Origin: a virus
Lineage: Duplodnaviria > Heunggongvirae > Uroviricota > Caudoviricetes
DNA: 64,000 nt
IMG/VR virus record: IMGVR_UViG_3300042891_002161
Strand: one strand, 5' to 3'
The notes under the pieces are model-generated. The model was not told the origin of the DNA. It did no database searches and was given only the letters and a program-made list of their open reading frames with translations. Both the position numbers and the translations under genes were made by a program. Shown here piece after piece: positions 56,106 to 64,000 of the stretch (the first letter of the stretch is position 1; each line of letters begins with the position of its first letter).

Positions 56106-56143
56106 AAAAGAAAAAGCCTCTGAGAAATCAGAGGCTTTTTTTA
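56106..56143. terminator. rho-independent terminator (bidirectional)
   Basis: AAAAAGCCTCTGAgaaaTCAGAGGCTTTTTTT. Confidence 0.7.
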
Positions 56144-56431
56144 TATTCCTAAATCTTTTAATCTTTTTTGTCTAATAATTTGCTTTAATGAGTGTGTATC
56201 ATAAATACTACATCCGTATTTTTCTAAACAATACAAATTTATACTTTCATCAAATTTATTATAATTAAAACCACTTACTTTATTCTTGAGTAATAATTCA
56301 TATAATTTGACTGAATATTGTTTCTCACTATCTCTAGCTATAGCCGCCTTCTCATATTTTTGAGAACTAATGGCTTCCTTCTTATCTTTCTTAGCGTTAA
56401 GATATAATTCTAATAAATTATCAATTTCCAT
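56141..56431 (-). CDS. hypothetical protein
   Basis: 96 aa. Overlaps the upstream gene by 11 nt. Confidence 0.45.
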   Translation of the reverse strand: MEIDNLLELYLNAKKDKKEAISSQKYEKAAIARDSEKQYSVKLYELLLKNKVSGFNYNKFDESINLYCLEKYGCSIYDTHSLKQIIRQKRLKDLGI

Positions 56432-58169
56432 AATTAAGATTAACTTCTTCTATTGATGAAAAAACTTCTTTATTAATCTTCAATATTCTATCAAACATTT
56501 CCTGGTTCAAAATAGCATGATGAACAACAAAGATATTGATGTTATAATCATTTGCGAATGATTTTAAGAGTGCCAAAATAGAATCTATACCCTCTATGTC
56601 AATTGATGAGAAAACCTCATCCAAGAAGAGTATATTGATATGTCTTTTAGTTCTAATTAATTTTAAGTAAGCAATTAAGATACTAATATTAACTTTCTTA
56701 GTTTCACCAGTTGATAAAGAATCGTGTTCAATTGGAGAACCTAATTGTTTAATCTCAGCTGTAAAAGTTTCATCTAATCTTACTTCAAATGGCAAACCCA
56801 TCTTTTTGATATTCTCAGCAATAAAGTGATTGATTGGTTTGATAATACCAGAGATGATTGATTTTTTAACACCATCTTCACCGAAGATACGATTCAACTC
56901 TTTATAATAAAGGTCTTTCTCTTTACAAACTGTGATGTTATCGGAACTAACTACTTTCTTTTCTTCAAGTTCTTCAATTGTATTTTGAAACTCTTGAATA
57001 TTAATAGAAGGAGTAGTATTAACCGGAACAGTTTGAGAAGCTTTCTTTTGAACTAATTTATCAATCTCTGATTTATAGTTTTTCAATAGATAACTTAAAT
57101 CATTAAAAGTTGTTGTTGTTGTTTCAGATAAACCTTTTAACTTAACTTGTCTTTCTCTTATCTTAGTAACATTAGCTTCAATTTCAGATTTGATATTTTC
57201 AAAACCTAATTTCTTTTCTTCTAATGCCGTTCTTAGATTAGCAAAGTGAACCGAATCAAAATCTGTTTTACAAGTTGGACATTTACCAGAATCATATAAA
57301 TCTAATTCTCTTTGAACATTCTTAATATCATTTTGACAATTGATAAGTTGTCTTTTTTCTTTATCCATTTCATCAGAAAGTTCAGAGTCTTTTTCTTTGA
57401 TTTTATCCATCTTTTCTTTCAAAGACTTATAGTCATCTTTTCTAGAGTTCATCTCACCAGTGATTCTATCAATCTCAGCTTGAATATCTTCCTTTTCGCG
57501 TTCTAAGGCTAATCTGGCTTCTTCTTTTTGTCTTTCAATGGCTTTATCAATAGACCTTTGAATAGATAAAATTGAATCATTTAAAGTTCTAATTTCACCA
57601 TCAAAAGAAGCCGCTCTAACTTTATTATTCTTTGCGATATCTTTTAAGATACCATTTAAGATATTGATAACTTCTAAGTTGAACAACTTATCTAAAAGAA
57701 GTTGCTTTTCTTCATTTGATAAAGAGATAAAATTTTTGAAGTCATTGATTGATAGACTTATAAATGATTTGAAAGTTTCCAAATCAATGCCTATATAATC
57801 TTCAATTTTTTCATCTATATTAGATTTACCAGCTCTTTCATTCAAAACCCCATTCTCCCAAAGCTCAAGTATAGAAGGTGATATACCTCGTTTGACCTCA
57901 ACATTAACACCATTTGAGATAAACTTGACACGATTCAACAATTCACCATTAATTCTGTTCGGAAGTGTTGATAGTGTAGACCATCTTTTCTTTTTACCGC
58001 GAGTTTTGCCGTATAGTGTGTAATCAAAAGAGTCCAAAAGTGAAGATTTACCAGCACCATTATTACCAACCAATAATATTAGTTCACCCTTTTCGGTGTT
58101 TAATACCAACACTTGTTCGTTATTTCCAAAAGATTTAAATCCTCTAATTCCTACTTCTTGTATTACCAT
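56421..58169 (-). CDS. SbcC/Rad50-like recombination ATPase (T4 gp46-like)
   Basis: Walker A GNNGAGKSSLLD. Long coiled coil with CPTC zinc hook. ABC signature LSTGETKKVNISI. Walker B ILFLDEVFSSID. H-loop VVHH. Confidence 0.85.
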   Translation of the reverse strand: MVIQEVGIRGFKSFGNNEQVLVLNTEKGELILLVGNNGAGKSSLLDSFDYTLYGKTRGKKKRWSTLSTLPNRINGELLNRVKFISNGVNVEVKRGISPSILELWENGVLNERAGKSNIDEKIEDYIGIDLETFKSFISLSINDFKNFISLSNEEKQLLLDKLFNLEVINILNGILKDIAKNNKVRAASFDGEIRTLNDSILSIQRSIDKAIERQKEEARLALEREKEDIQAEIDRITGEMNSRKDDYKSLKEKMDKIKEKDSELSDEMDKEKRQLINCQNDIKNVQRELDLYDSGKCPTCKTDFDSVHFANLRTALEEKKLGFENIKSEIEANVTKIRERQVKLKGLSETTTTTFNDLSYLLKNYKSEIDKLVQKKASQTVPVNTTPSINIQEFQNTIEELEEKKVVSSDNITVCKEKDLYYKELNRIFGEDGVKKSIISGIIKPINHFIAENIKKMGLPFEVRLDETFTAEIKQLGSPIEHDSLSTGETKKVNISILIAYLKLIRTKRHINILFLDEVFSSIDIEGIDSILALLKSFANDYNINIFVVHHAILNQEMFDRILKINKEVFSSIEEVNLNYGN

Positions 58170-58221
58170 ACTTAATATATACTTATTATGAAGGAATGTT
58201 TTAAATGTAAAAATAAAAAAG

Positions 58222-58911
58222 ATGATAGTGACTATATAGAGATAAAAATAAAGAAAAATCTAAAGAATATTTAGAAAAATATTATTTAGATAACAGAGAA
58301 TTATTATTAGAAAAATCTAAGGAATATGTATTTAAAAATAAAGAAAAGGTCGCTGACTATAAAAAATCTCATGCTGTAAAAAATAAAGAAAATTAAAAGA
58401 GTATGGACATGATTACTACATCAAAAATAAAGAAAAATCTCTTAGTAGAAGTAAAGAATATAAAGAAAAAAATAAAGATAATATTAACAAAAGAAGAAAT
58501 ATTAAAAATAAAGAAAATAGAGAGATATTAAATATCAAGATAAGAGAAAGAAGAAAATCAGATCCATTATTCAGAATCTCTCAAAACATAAGGGTATATA
58601 TACGAAACTGCTTTAGATACAAAGGTGTTAAAAAGAATACAAAGACAGAAAATATCTTAGAATGTTCTTTTGATGAATTTAAAATTCACTTAGAGTCTAA
58701 ATTTGATAGTTGGATGAGTTGGGATAATTACGGAAAGTATAATGGTGAGCCCAATTCAGGATGGGATATTGACCATATTATACCAATATCATCTGCTGAA
58801 AGTGAGGATGATATAATAAAATTAAATCATTATACCAACCTACAACCGCTTTGCTCATATATAAATAGAGTAGTTAAAAGAGATAAAATAAATCTTACTC
58901 ACCTTGCTTAA
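58222..58911 (+). pseudogene. HNH endonuclease gene, apparently split by two +1 frame changes in an A-rich repeat region
   Basis: Three consecutive open pieces in successive frames (MIVTI*; 58232-58396 KNKEKSKEYLEKYY...KNKEN*; 58387-58911). The last ends with the HNH motifs GWDIDHIIPIS...NLQPLCSYINRVVK. The largest intact Met-initiated piece is 58714-58911. Confidence 0.5.
58240..58545 (+). repeat. six or more dispersed tandem copies of AAAAATAAAGAAAA
   Basis: The copies encode KNKEK in one frame each and are spaced about 40-50 nt apart inside the HNH upstream region. Confidence 0.6.
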
Positions 58912-59254
58912 TATCGTCTTCATTTATGTCTTCTGCTTCTGTAGATTCTATACTAGCTTCAGTATATTTACTAGCATCAATCTCATCTAAACGATTGATA
59001 ATCTCGTTATAAGGTACAACTTTTTTAAGAATTGAAATAATTAAATCTCTATAACCATCCCAGAATTCAATTTTCATACCCATATCTTGTTCAATACTTT
59101 CATCAACAGTTAAAGCTAACATTTGGTCTGAATAATAGATTGTACCTTCAGTAAATTCACCTTTGTAACCTATAGTTAAAAGCACAAGAACACCATTCTC
59201 GTATTTACCAAGATAGTCTAAAATATCAGCCGTTATTTCAAGTTGATTTTCCAT
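58895..59254 (-). CDS. hypothetical acidic protein
   Basis: 119-aa ORF. Confidence 0.5.
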   Translation of the reverse strand: MENQLEITADILDYLGKYENGVLVLLTIGYKGEFTEGTIYYSDQMLALTVDESIEQDMGMKIEFWDGYRDLIISILKKVVPYNEIINRLDEIDASKYTEASIESTEAEDINEDDIKQGE

Positions 59255-59255
59255 A

Positions 59256-59528
59256 TTAAATTTTTTCGTTTACTAGAAATTCTAATTTTTTAAATTTATC
59301 ATCTGTATCGGTAAATACAATTTGAATTTTATCAACATCAACGAATTCTTTAGATTCACCTGATACTTCATTTACCATTACATCTTTTTTGTAAACAACT
59401 TCAATTCCAGGTTCTTCACCTAAAAATCTACGCATGTTTTCTTTAATTTCTGATAGTTTCCAATCATCATGTTTGAAATCTATTTTAGAGATATAATCTC
59501 TGATAGCCATTTCTTTCATTGAGCTCAT
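59256..59528 (-). CDS. hypothetical protein
   Basis: 90-aa ORF. Confidence 0.5.
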   Translation of the reverse strand: MSSMKEMAIRDYISKIDFKHDDWKLSEIKENMRRFLGEEPGIEVVYKKDVMVNEVSGESKEFVDVDKIQIVFTDTDDKFKKLEFLVNEKI

Positions 59529-59565
59529 ATTTGAAAGTTTTATTTTTTTATTTATATAATATTTA

Positions 59566-59901
59566 TTAATATAGTTTACCTGTTTCTAAGTAGTAAGTAT
59601 TATGTGTAGTTATCAACTCTATAGTTTCATGTGTTGTTTTACACTTATCCATAAAAGATTTAACATCTTCATCATTTAAATCAAACCACTCACCATTTAT
59701 CTTTTTACTTTTGAATGTTCTGTGTAATTGTGATTCTATTTTTGTTCCCCACTTTGACTTAAAAGAGTCTATAACATACATCTCGGAACCATTACCGGTC
59801 TTCAATTCTTTTATTCTTTTAGAGACATCTCTTCTTGTATAACCTATTTTATACAATCTTCTTCCTTCAAATTCAGCACATATTAAGTAGATATTAAACA
59901 T
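59566..59901 (-). CDS. GIY-YIG / T5orf172-like domain protein
   Basis: NIY-x10-YKIGYT spacing with downstream Arg/Glu (RRDVSKRIKELKTG) fits the GIY-x(9-11)-YIG pattern. Confidence 0.45.
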   Translation of the reverse strand: MFNIYLICAEFEGRRLYKIGYTRRDVSKRIKELKTGNGSEMYVIDSFKSKWGTKIESQLHRTFKSKKINGEWFDLNDEDVKSFMDKCKTTHETIELITTHNTYYLETGKLY

Positions 59902-60099
59902 AGAGTATATATTACTCTAACATGTTTTCATTACCAGATTTGTGGAAAGTTTGTTGGACCGTTTGGTGTAGAAGTTATAATAATATGAGGAACATCTATG
60001 TCAAATATTTTACCTATTTTTATTCTTCTTGAATATCTTTTAGAAAAAGTTGGTTTAACAATAGATATATCTACTTCTTTGACGAAAACTCCAGGACTC

Positions 60100-60585
60100 T
60101 TAAATACTACCATTTTTATTTTTCTTTTTACTTCTTCTTGTTTTCTTGTGAGATTTAGATGATTCATCACCATATTTATAATCTAAATAGAATAAAGTGC
60201 CTGATGGTCCAGACATTGGAGTTACTCCTTTTTTCATCAACTCTTTATATTCTTCATCATCTTCTAACTTCTTTTCAGTAAATTCACCACCTTCAATAAT
60301 AGCTTCAATTTTACCATCACGATTTTCAGATTGTACTTTCTTTTTAACCTCATCAATTTCTTCTTTTGAAGCAAATATTAAATCATTTGATATTGTTCTA
60401 GTGGCTACTTTCATTGCGATTGGTAATAAACTTGGAAAATCTTCTGATTTAGTTTCTTCTAATATGTGATTTGATTGATTTTCGGCTAACTGTGATAAAT
60501 TATCTAATTGAGATCCAGTCATACCCATAGGGCCTAAAATATTAGCCCACTTTTTCATTATATCTTCTTTATTTGGTTGTTTCAT
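60100..60585 (-). CDS. hypothetical protein
   Basis: 161 aa with a Lys-rich C-terminus. The overlapping 80-aa ORF at 59931-60173 is probably spurious. Confidence 0.45.
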   Translation of the reverse strand: MKQPNKEDIMKKWANILGPMGMTGSQLDNLSQLAENQSNHILEETKSEDFPSLLPIAMKVATRTISNDLIFASKEEIDEVKKKVQSENRDGKIEAIIEGGEFTEKKLEDDEEYKELMKKGVTPMSGPSGTLFYLDYKYGDESSKSHKKTRRSKKKNKNGSI

Positions 60586-60631
60586 AAAACAAAAAAACTT
60601 TTCTTGTTATAGAAAAGTTTTTATTTTTTGT

Positions 60632-60946
60632 TTAGTAGTTAAAGTTTAAGAACTCATACTCTTTGACTATAAGTTGTTTGACCTTTTCAAAGTTTTCTTC
60701 AGATAAAGAATAATACTTTTTCTGAAACCAACTAATCATATGATTAATAATAACATCCTCTGCCTCACCGTTTCCAGTTCTTGAATAATATTCGGGATCT
60801 TCTTCATCTGGTTTCCATTGATTAATTTCATCATTTAACATATCTTGTATTTCAGATTGGTCTGGAAATCTTCCTTTAATTTTAGCAATAGCAAACTCAG
60901 GATCTTGTTGTTCTTGATTTTCGTTATATTTTTTTAAGTATTTCAT
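60632..60946 (-). CDS. small acidic protein, CTS-like leader (MKYLKKYNENQ)
   Basis: 104 aa. Confidence 0.5.
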   Translation of the reverse strand: MKYLKKYNENQEQQDPEFAIAKIKGRFPDQSEIQDMLNDEINQWKPDEEDPEYYSRTGNGEAEDVIINHMISWFQKKYYSLSEENFEKVKQLIVKEYEFLNFNY

Positions 60947-60961
60947 AATATATATATTAAT

Positions 60962-61705
60962 TTATATGCCAAACATATCTTTCATTTGAGAAAGAAAGTT
61001 GTTAACAAAGTCTTTATCTTTTTCAGAACCACCTTCAAGTATATTTTTCACCCATTCTTTGTTCTCAATATATTGATAAGCTTGTAGTTTATCCGAGTAA
61101 TCAAAATCATCCATTTTCTTCCCAGTATATGATTCAATATCCTTTTCAAATTCTTCTTCAGAAGTCCACATGTCATCTGTTTCTTTTGACAATCTATCGT
61201 CTAGACCAGCAATAGCATCATCAATATCACTTATATCACTATCAGAAATACTAAGATTAGATTCATCAGAAGTATAAATCCAAGTCTCATCCATCTTATT
61301 TAAGATATGGTTAGCTTCTTTTCCTAATCTCATAATATCTTCTTCATCTCTTTCCTCATTATCTAATAAACTATTAAAACAAGATATCAAATCATCTAAA
61401 TGACTAAAAATAGATTCTTCATAAGAAGAAAGTAAATCTTTACCATAAACTTCTTTTTCAAATAAATTAATTACAGATAAGTATTCTTCAGTAATTTTAT
61501 ATTCACCTTTAACAGCACTATCAATTAAATCATTCAATGAAGCTTTAAATCTTTCATAAGATGATAGTTTATTATCATCATAACACTTTTTCTCATGAAG
61601 TTGAACTATTTTAATAATAGCTTGTTTCATTTTACCAATGTTTGCTAAAAAGTCAAAATCAAAATCATTTGATTCTAAAAATAGTTTATAGTTTTTAATT
61701 TTCAT
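60962..61705 (-). CDS. acidic protein, CTS-like leader (MKIKNYKLFLESN)
   Basis: 247 aa and highly acidic (DDxxD-rich). Confidence 0.55.
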   Translation of the reverse strand: MKIKNYKLFLESNDFDFDFLANIGKMKQAIIKIVQLHEKKCYDDNKLSSYERFKASLNDLIDSAVKGEYKITEEYLSVINLFEKEVYGKDLLSSYEESIFSHLDDLISCFNSLLDNEERDEEDIMRLGKEANHILNKMDETWIYTSDESNLSISDSDISDIDDAIAGLDDRLSKETDDMWTSEEEFEKDIESYTGKKMDDFDYSDKLQAYQYIENKEWVKNILEGGSEKDKDFVNNFLSQMKDMFGI

Positions 61706-61707
61706 GA

Positions 61708-62667
61708 TTATTTTAATTTTATATGTATGTAAACATAATATGATGTTGGTTTAAGACTGATTAAAACTTTACCACCCCATCTCTTAGTCATTACCCAAGT
61801 AGTGAAGTTATTTTTAATATTCATAAACTCACCTTCATCAAATTTACCGTTGTCCCATTTACCTAAACCTTTATATCCAAATGAAATAATCTTATCTTGA
61901 ATTTTCACAACATCTTTTGATTCGTGATACCCTGGATTAAATCCTTTCATATCTAATTTAATCTTACCTAATGTCATTAAATCCACTAAACTTAAATTAA
62001 CTAATTCTTTCTTTAATGAATGAGCTGATTTAGATTCAATTTGACAGATCCATTTAATAACAGATTGATTCAACTTAAATTGACCAATTGGTGTTGGTAC
62101 ATCATAATGTAAACCATATTCAAAGTTACCATCACATTTGATACCAAAGTATAAATCAACTTCATTCTTTTGATAATCAACATGGTCTAAGTATCTACTT
62201 AAAGATTTGAATCTTGAAAATACTTGTTTAACATCTTCTGATTGTAAATTAGGATAGTAATAGTATAATAAAAAGTCATCTGGAGATTTAGACCAATTAG
62301 GTCCTAATTCTTTTTGACCTAAACTGGTTAAAGCTTTTAAGAAAGAAGTAAATATACCTTTACCAGCAACTGTAATTTCTGATTCAGTTAATTCTTCTAA
62401 ATCAGTTGAAACTAAGAACTCAGGTTCTTTTTCTTCAATACCATTTTGTAAGTAATTATCAATTTGATATTTAATTTCAGATTGAATTCTCTCATCTAAG
62501 ATATTAATAGCATTTGATAAGTCAATAGAAGCGTCAGAATCTTTCGTATAACGAGCTACTATGTTTCTAACATATTCATCAGATATTAAAGATTCAACCC
62601 ACTCACCAAGTGAGTTAAATCCATTAATTTGACTTTCTTTTATGAAATCTAAGTATCTTTTAATCAT
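61708..62667 (-). CDS. hypothetical protein, CTS-like leader (MIKRYLDFIKES)
   Basis: 319 aa. A TTTAATATATAAAC motif lies upstream at 62672-62690 (rc). Confidence 0.55.
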   Translation of the reverse strand: MIKRYLDFIKESQINGFNSLGEWVESLISDEYVRNIVARYTKDSDASIDLSNAINILDERIQSEIKYQIDNYLQNGIEEKEPEFLVSTDLEELTESEITVAGKGIFTSFLKALTSLGQKELGPNWSKSPDDFLLYYYYPNLQSEDVKQVFSRFKSLSRYLDHVDYQKNEVDLYFGIKCDGNFEYGLHYDVPTPIGQFKLNQSVIKWICQIESKSAHSLKKELVNLSLVDLMTLGKIKLDMKGFNPGYHESKDVVKIQDKIISFGYKGLGKWDNGKFDEGEFMNIKNNFTTWVMTKRWGGKVLISLKPTSYYVYIHIKLK

Positions 62668-62684
62668 AGTTTATATATTAAAAA

Positions 62685-64000
62685 TTATAGACCATATCTA
62701 GATTTAGTAGCATCAAAGTTTTGTAAAACTTCAGTAGAAGTTAATACTCTATTATACATTCTAGATAAAGCAATATTACCAGTCAAATAACCATCCCATA
62801 ATCCTAGTACAAAATCTGATGTTTGATTTTGACCCGCTCTATTAGCATTGAGACTTGTTGTGTTATTCTCAACTCCATTTATATAAATTCTAGCAGTTCC
62901 TGAGGTATTATTAGAATCACCTTCATAAACACAAGTTATATGATACCAAGTATTTGAAGATAATGCACCAGTTGATGTAAAAGATTGTGCAGACTCTACT
63001 TCCCATCTAACATTATTACCTCCTTGAGCTTGTAAATTCATAAAATCTCCATTGCCATTAAAAGCAAACAATCCTTCATAACTAGAACCTGAGAACTTAG
63101 CAACAGATTCAACAGTAAATCCATTACTAAAGTTAATAGTATATGTTGATCCAGAATCCGCAGTATGACTACCATCAAAAATAATATATCCACCATTATT
63201 AGAACTATATGATAAACTGTTCATTGTTAAGTTTCTTGAATTTCCTGAAATATCATACCATGTTGTTCCAGTTCCTGAATAAGAAGATACTTGACCAGCA
63301 TCAACATAAAATTGTAAAGAAGAATCTATAACAACATCAGGTACAAATGTCGGTAAACTACTTGTCCAACCAATGTTAGAGGCAGTTACACTATGTAATC
63401 CTGTCATATCCTTTGATGGATTAACTTCTTGAGAAGTAATTAAAAACTTAGTATTTGAATATGTACCACTTAATTGAACATCTGGAATACTAAATGTACC
63501 AGTATATAAACCAGTTCCATTCAGAACTCTTACATTACTAATTAAACCATTAAAGTAAAAATCATCAACATTGGTAAAATATCTACCAATAACTAAATCA
63601 TTACAATCATAATTGTAAGTATCTGTAATTTGTTTAATTAGTTCACCATTAACAAAGAAACTTGTTGTGTCATCAGTTCTTGATATAGCAGCATGATACC
63701 ATTTATCATTAACAATACTATATGTTCCAAACTCACCATCTGCAAAGAAATCAATTTGAGGATTTGGTGTATTGTATAATTTGATATTTATACCAACTCC
63801 ACTATTAAACTCACCATTTGGTCTTAATGATATAACACCAGAATAATTATCACCACTTGAAGTTGCTGCTCTAAAGAAAGATTCAATTGTAAAATCATTT
63901 GTTCCAAAAGCATAATCAGCTGATGTACTTGATAAATAAGAATTTGAACCATTTAATGTTATACTACCAAAGTCATAACCATATTTAGATTTATTAGAAT
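62685..64000 (-). CDS. structural protein with a C-terminal LamG/concanavalin-like lectin domain (C-terminal part; gene continues past window end)
   Basis: The frame stays open upstream of the track Met (63407) through to 64000. The C-terminus YITFDGSHTADSG...WYHITCVY...GTARIYINGVENNT...LGLWDG...NIALSRMYNRVLTSTEVLQNF is LamG-like. Confidence 0.5.
   Translation of the reverse strand, partial: SNKSKYGYDFGSITLNGSNSYLSSTSADYAFGTNDFTIESFFRAATSSGDNYSGVISLRPNGEFNSGVGINIKLYNTPNPQIDFFADGEFGTYSIVNDKWYHAAISRTDDTTSFFVNGELIKQITDTYNYDCNDLVIGRYFTNVDDFYFNGLISNVRVLNGTGLYTGTFSIPDVQLSGTYSNTKFLITSQEVNPSKDMTGLHSVTASNIGWTSSLPTFVPDVVIDSSLQFYVDAGQVSSYSGTGTTWYDISGNSRNLTMNSLSYSSNNGGYIIFDGSHTADSGSTYTINFSNGFTVESVAKFSGSSYEGLFAFNGNGDFMNLQAQGGNNVRWEVESAQSFTSTGALSSNTWYHITCVYEGDSNNTSGTARIYINGVENNTTSLNANRAGQNQTSDFVLGLWDGYLTGNIALSRMYNRVLTSTEVLQNFDATKSRYGL

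Noticed and set aside
1-64000. Stop-codon recoding (Lak-phage style code 15 or code 4) suggested by AT-richness, the large tRNA set and a suppressor-like tRNA
   Set aside because: Long ORFs (up to 1598 aa) are intact under the standard code. No tRNA with a CUA, UCA or UUA anticodon was found by eye. The Trp tRNA reads CCA.
1-64000. Eukaryotic giant-virus (NCLDV) origin suggested by the collagen-like protein, LigA, thioredoxin and DnaJ
   Set aside because: The sigma-70 family factor, SmpB, bS21 and S1, the T4-like leader motif, rho-independent terminators and gene density all point to a bacteriophage.

Overview
This is an AT-rich window (roughly 28-30% GC) from a large virulent tailed phage. 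Coding is dense on both strands, intergenic gaps are short, and many convergent genes share bidirectional hairpin terminators. Phage (T4-like or jumbo-phage style) origin is supported by an ECF-type sigma factor, SmpB, ribosomal proteins bS21 and an S1-domain protein, an SbcC/gp46-like ATPase, HNH and GIY-YIG endonuclease genes, a Dam methylase and a large tRNA cluster.

Main blocks:
- 873-4160: a collagen-like Gly-X-Y protein (Ser/Thr-rich, no Pro) next to a glycosyltransferase and a SAM methyltransferase.
- 4.5-7.6 kb: a minus-strand tRNA cluster of about 18 genes (Ser x4, Arg, Lys and Lys-like x4, Trp, Phe, His x2, two genes with insertions), an embedded HNH remnant and a GC-rich unexplained spacer.
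- 9.1-18.2 kb: a GatB/YqeY protein, SmpB, thioredoxin, a nucleotidyltransferase-like protein, the sigma factor and NAD-dependent DNA ligase LigA.
- 18.8-26.8 kb and 43.5-51.6 kb: four giant structural (fibre-like) proteins; the second pair are paralogues with W-x-N-G-x-F repeats and poly-Gly C-termini.
- 27.3 kb: a four-domain S1 (bS1-like) protein.
- Scattered: M28 and M16 peptidases, an SPFH/flotillin protein, a Toprim protein, Dam, an HD-domain protein, Sir2, a DXD glycosyltransferase, a DnaJ-type J protein and bS21.
- At least 8 proteins across the window share a T4 capsid-targeting-sequence-like N-terminal leader (MK..KKY.DF(L/I)NE). One of them carries nine CxxCxGxG zinc-finger repeats. 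This is the most likely candidate for the undescribed system.

All calls are from reading the sequence by eye. tRNA folds and domain assignments need tool confirmation.
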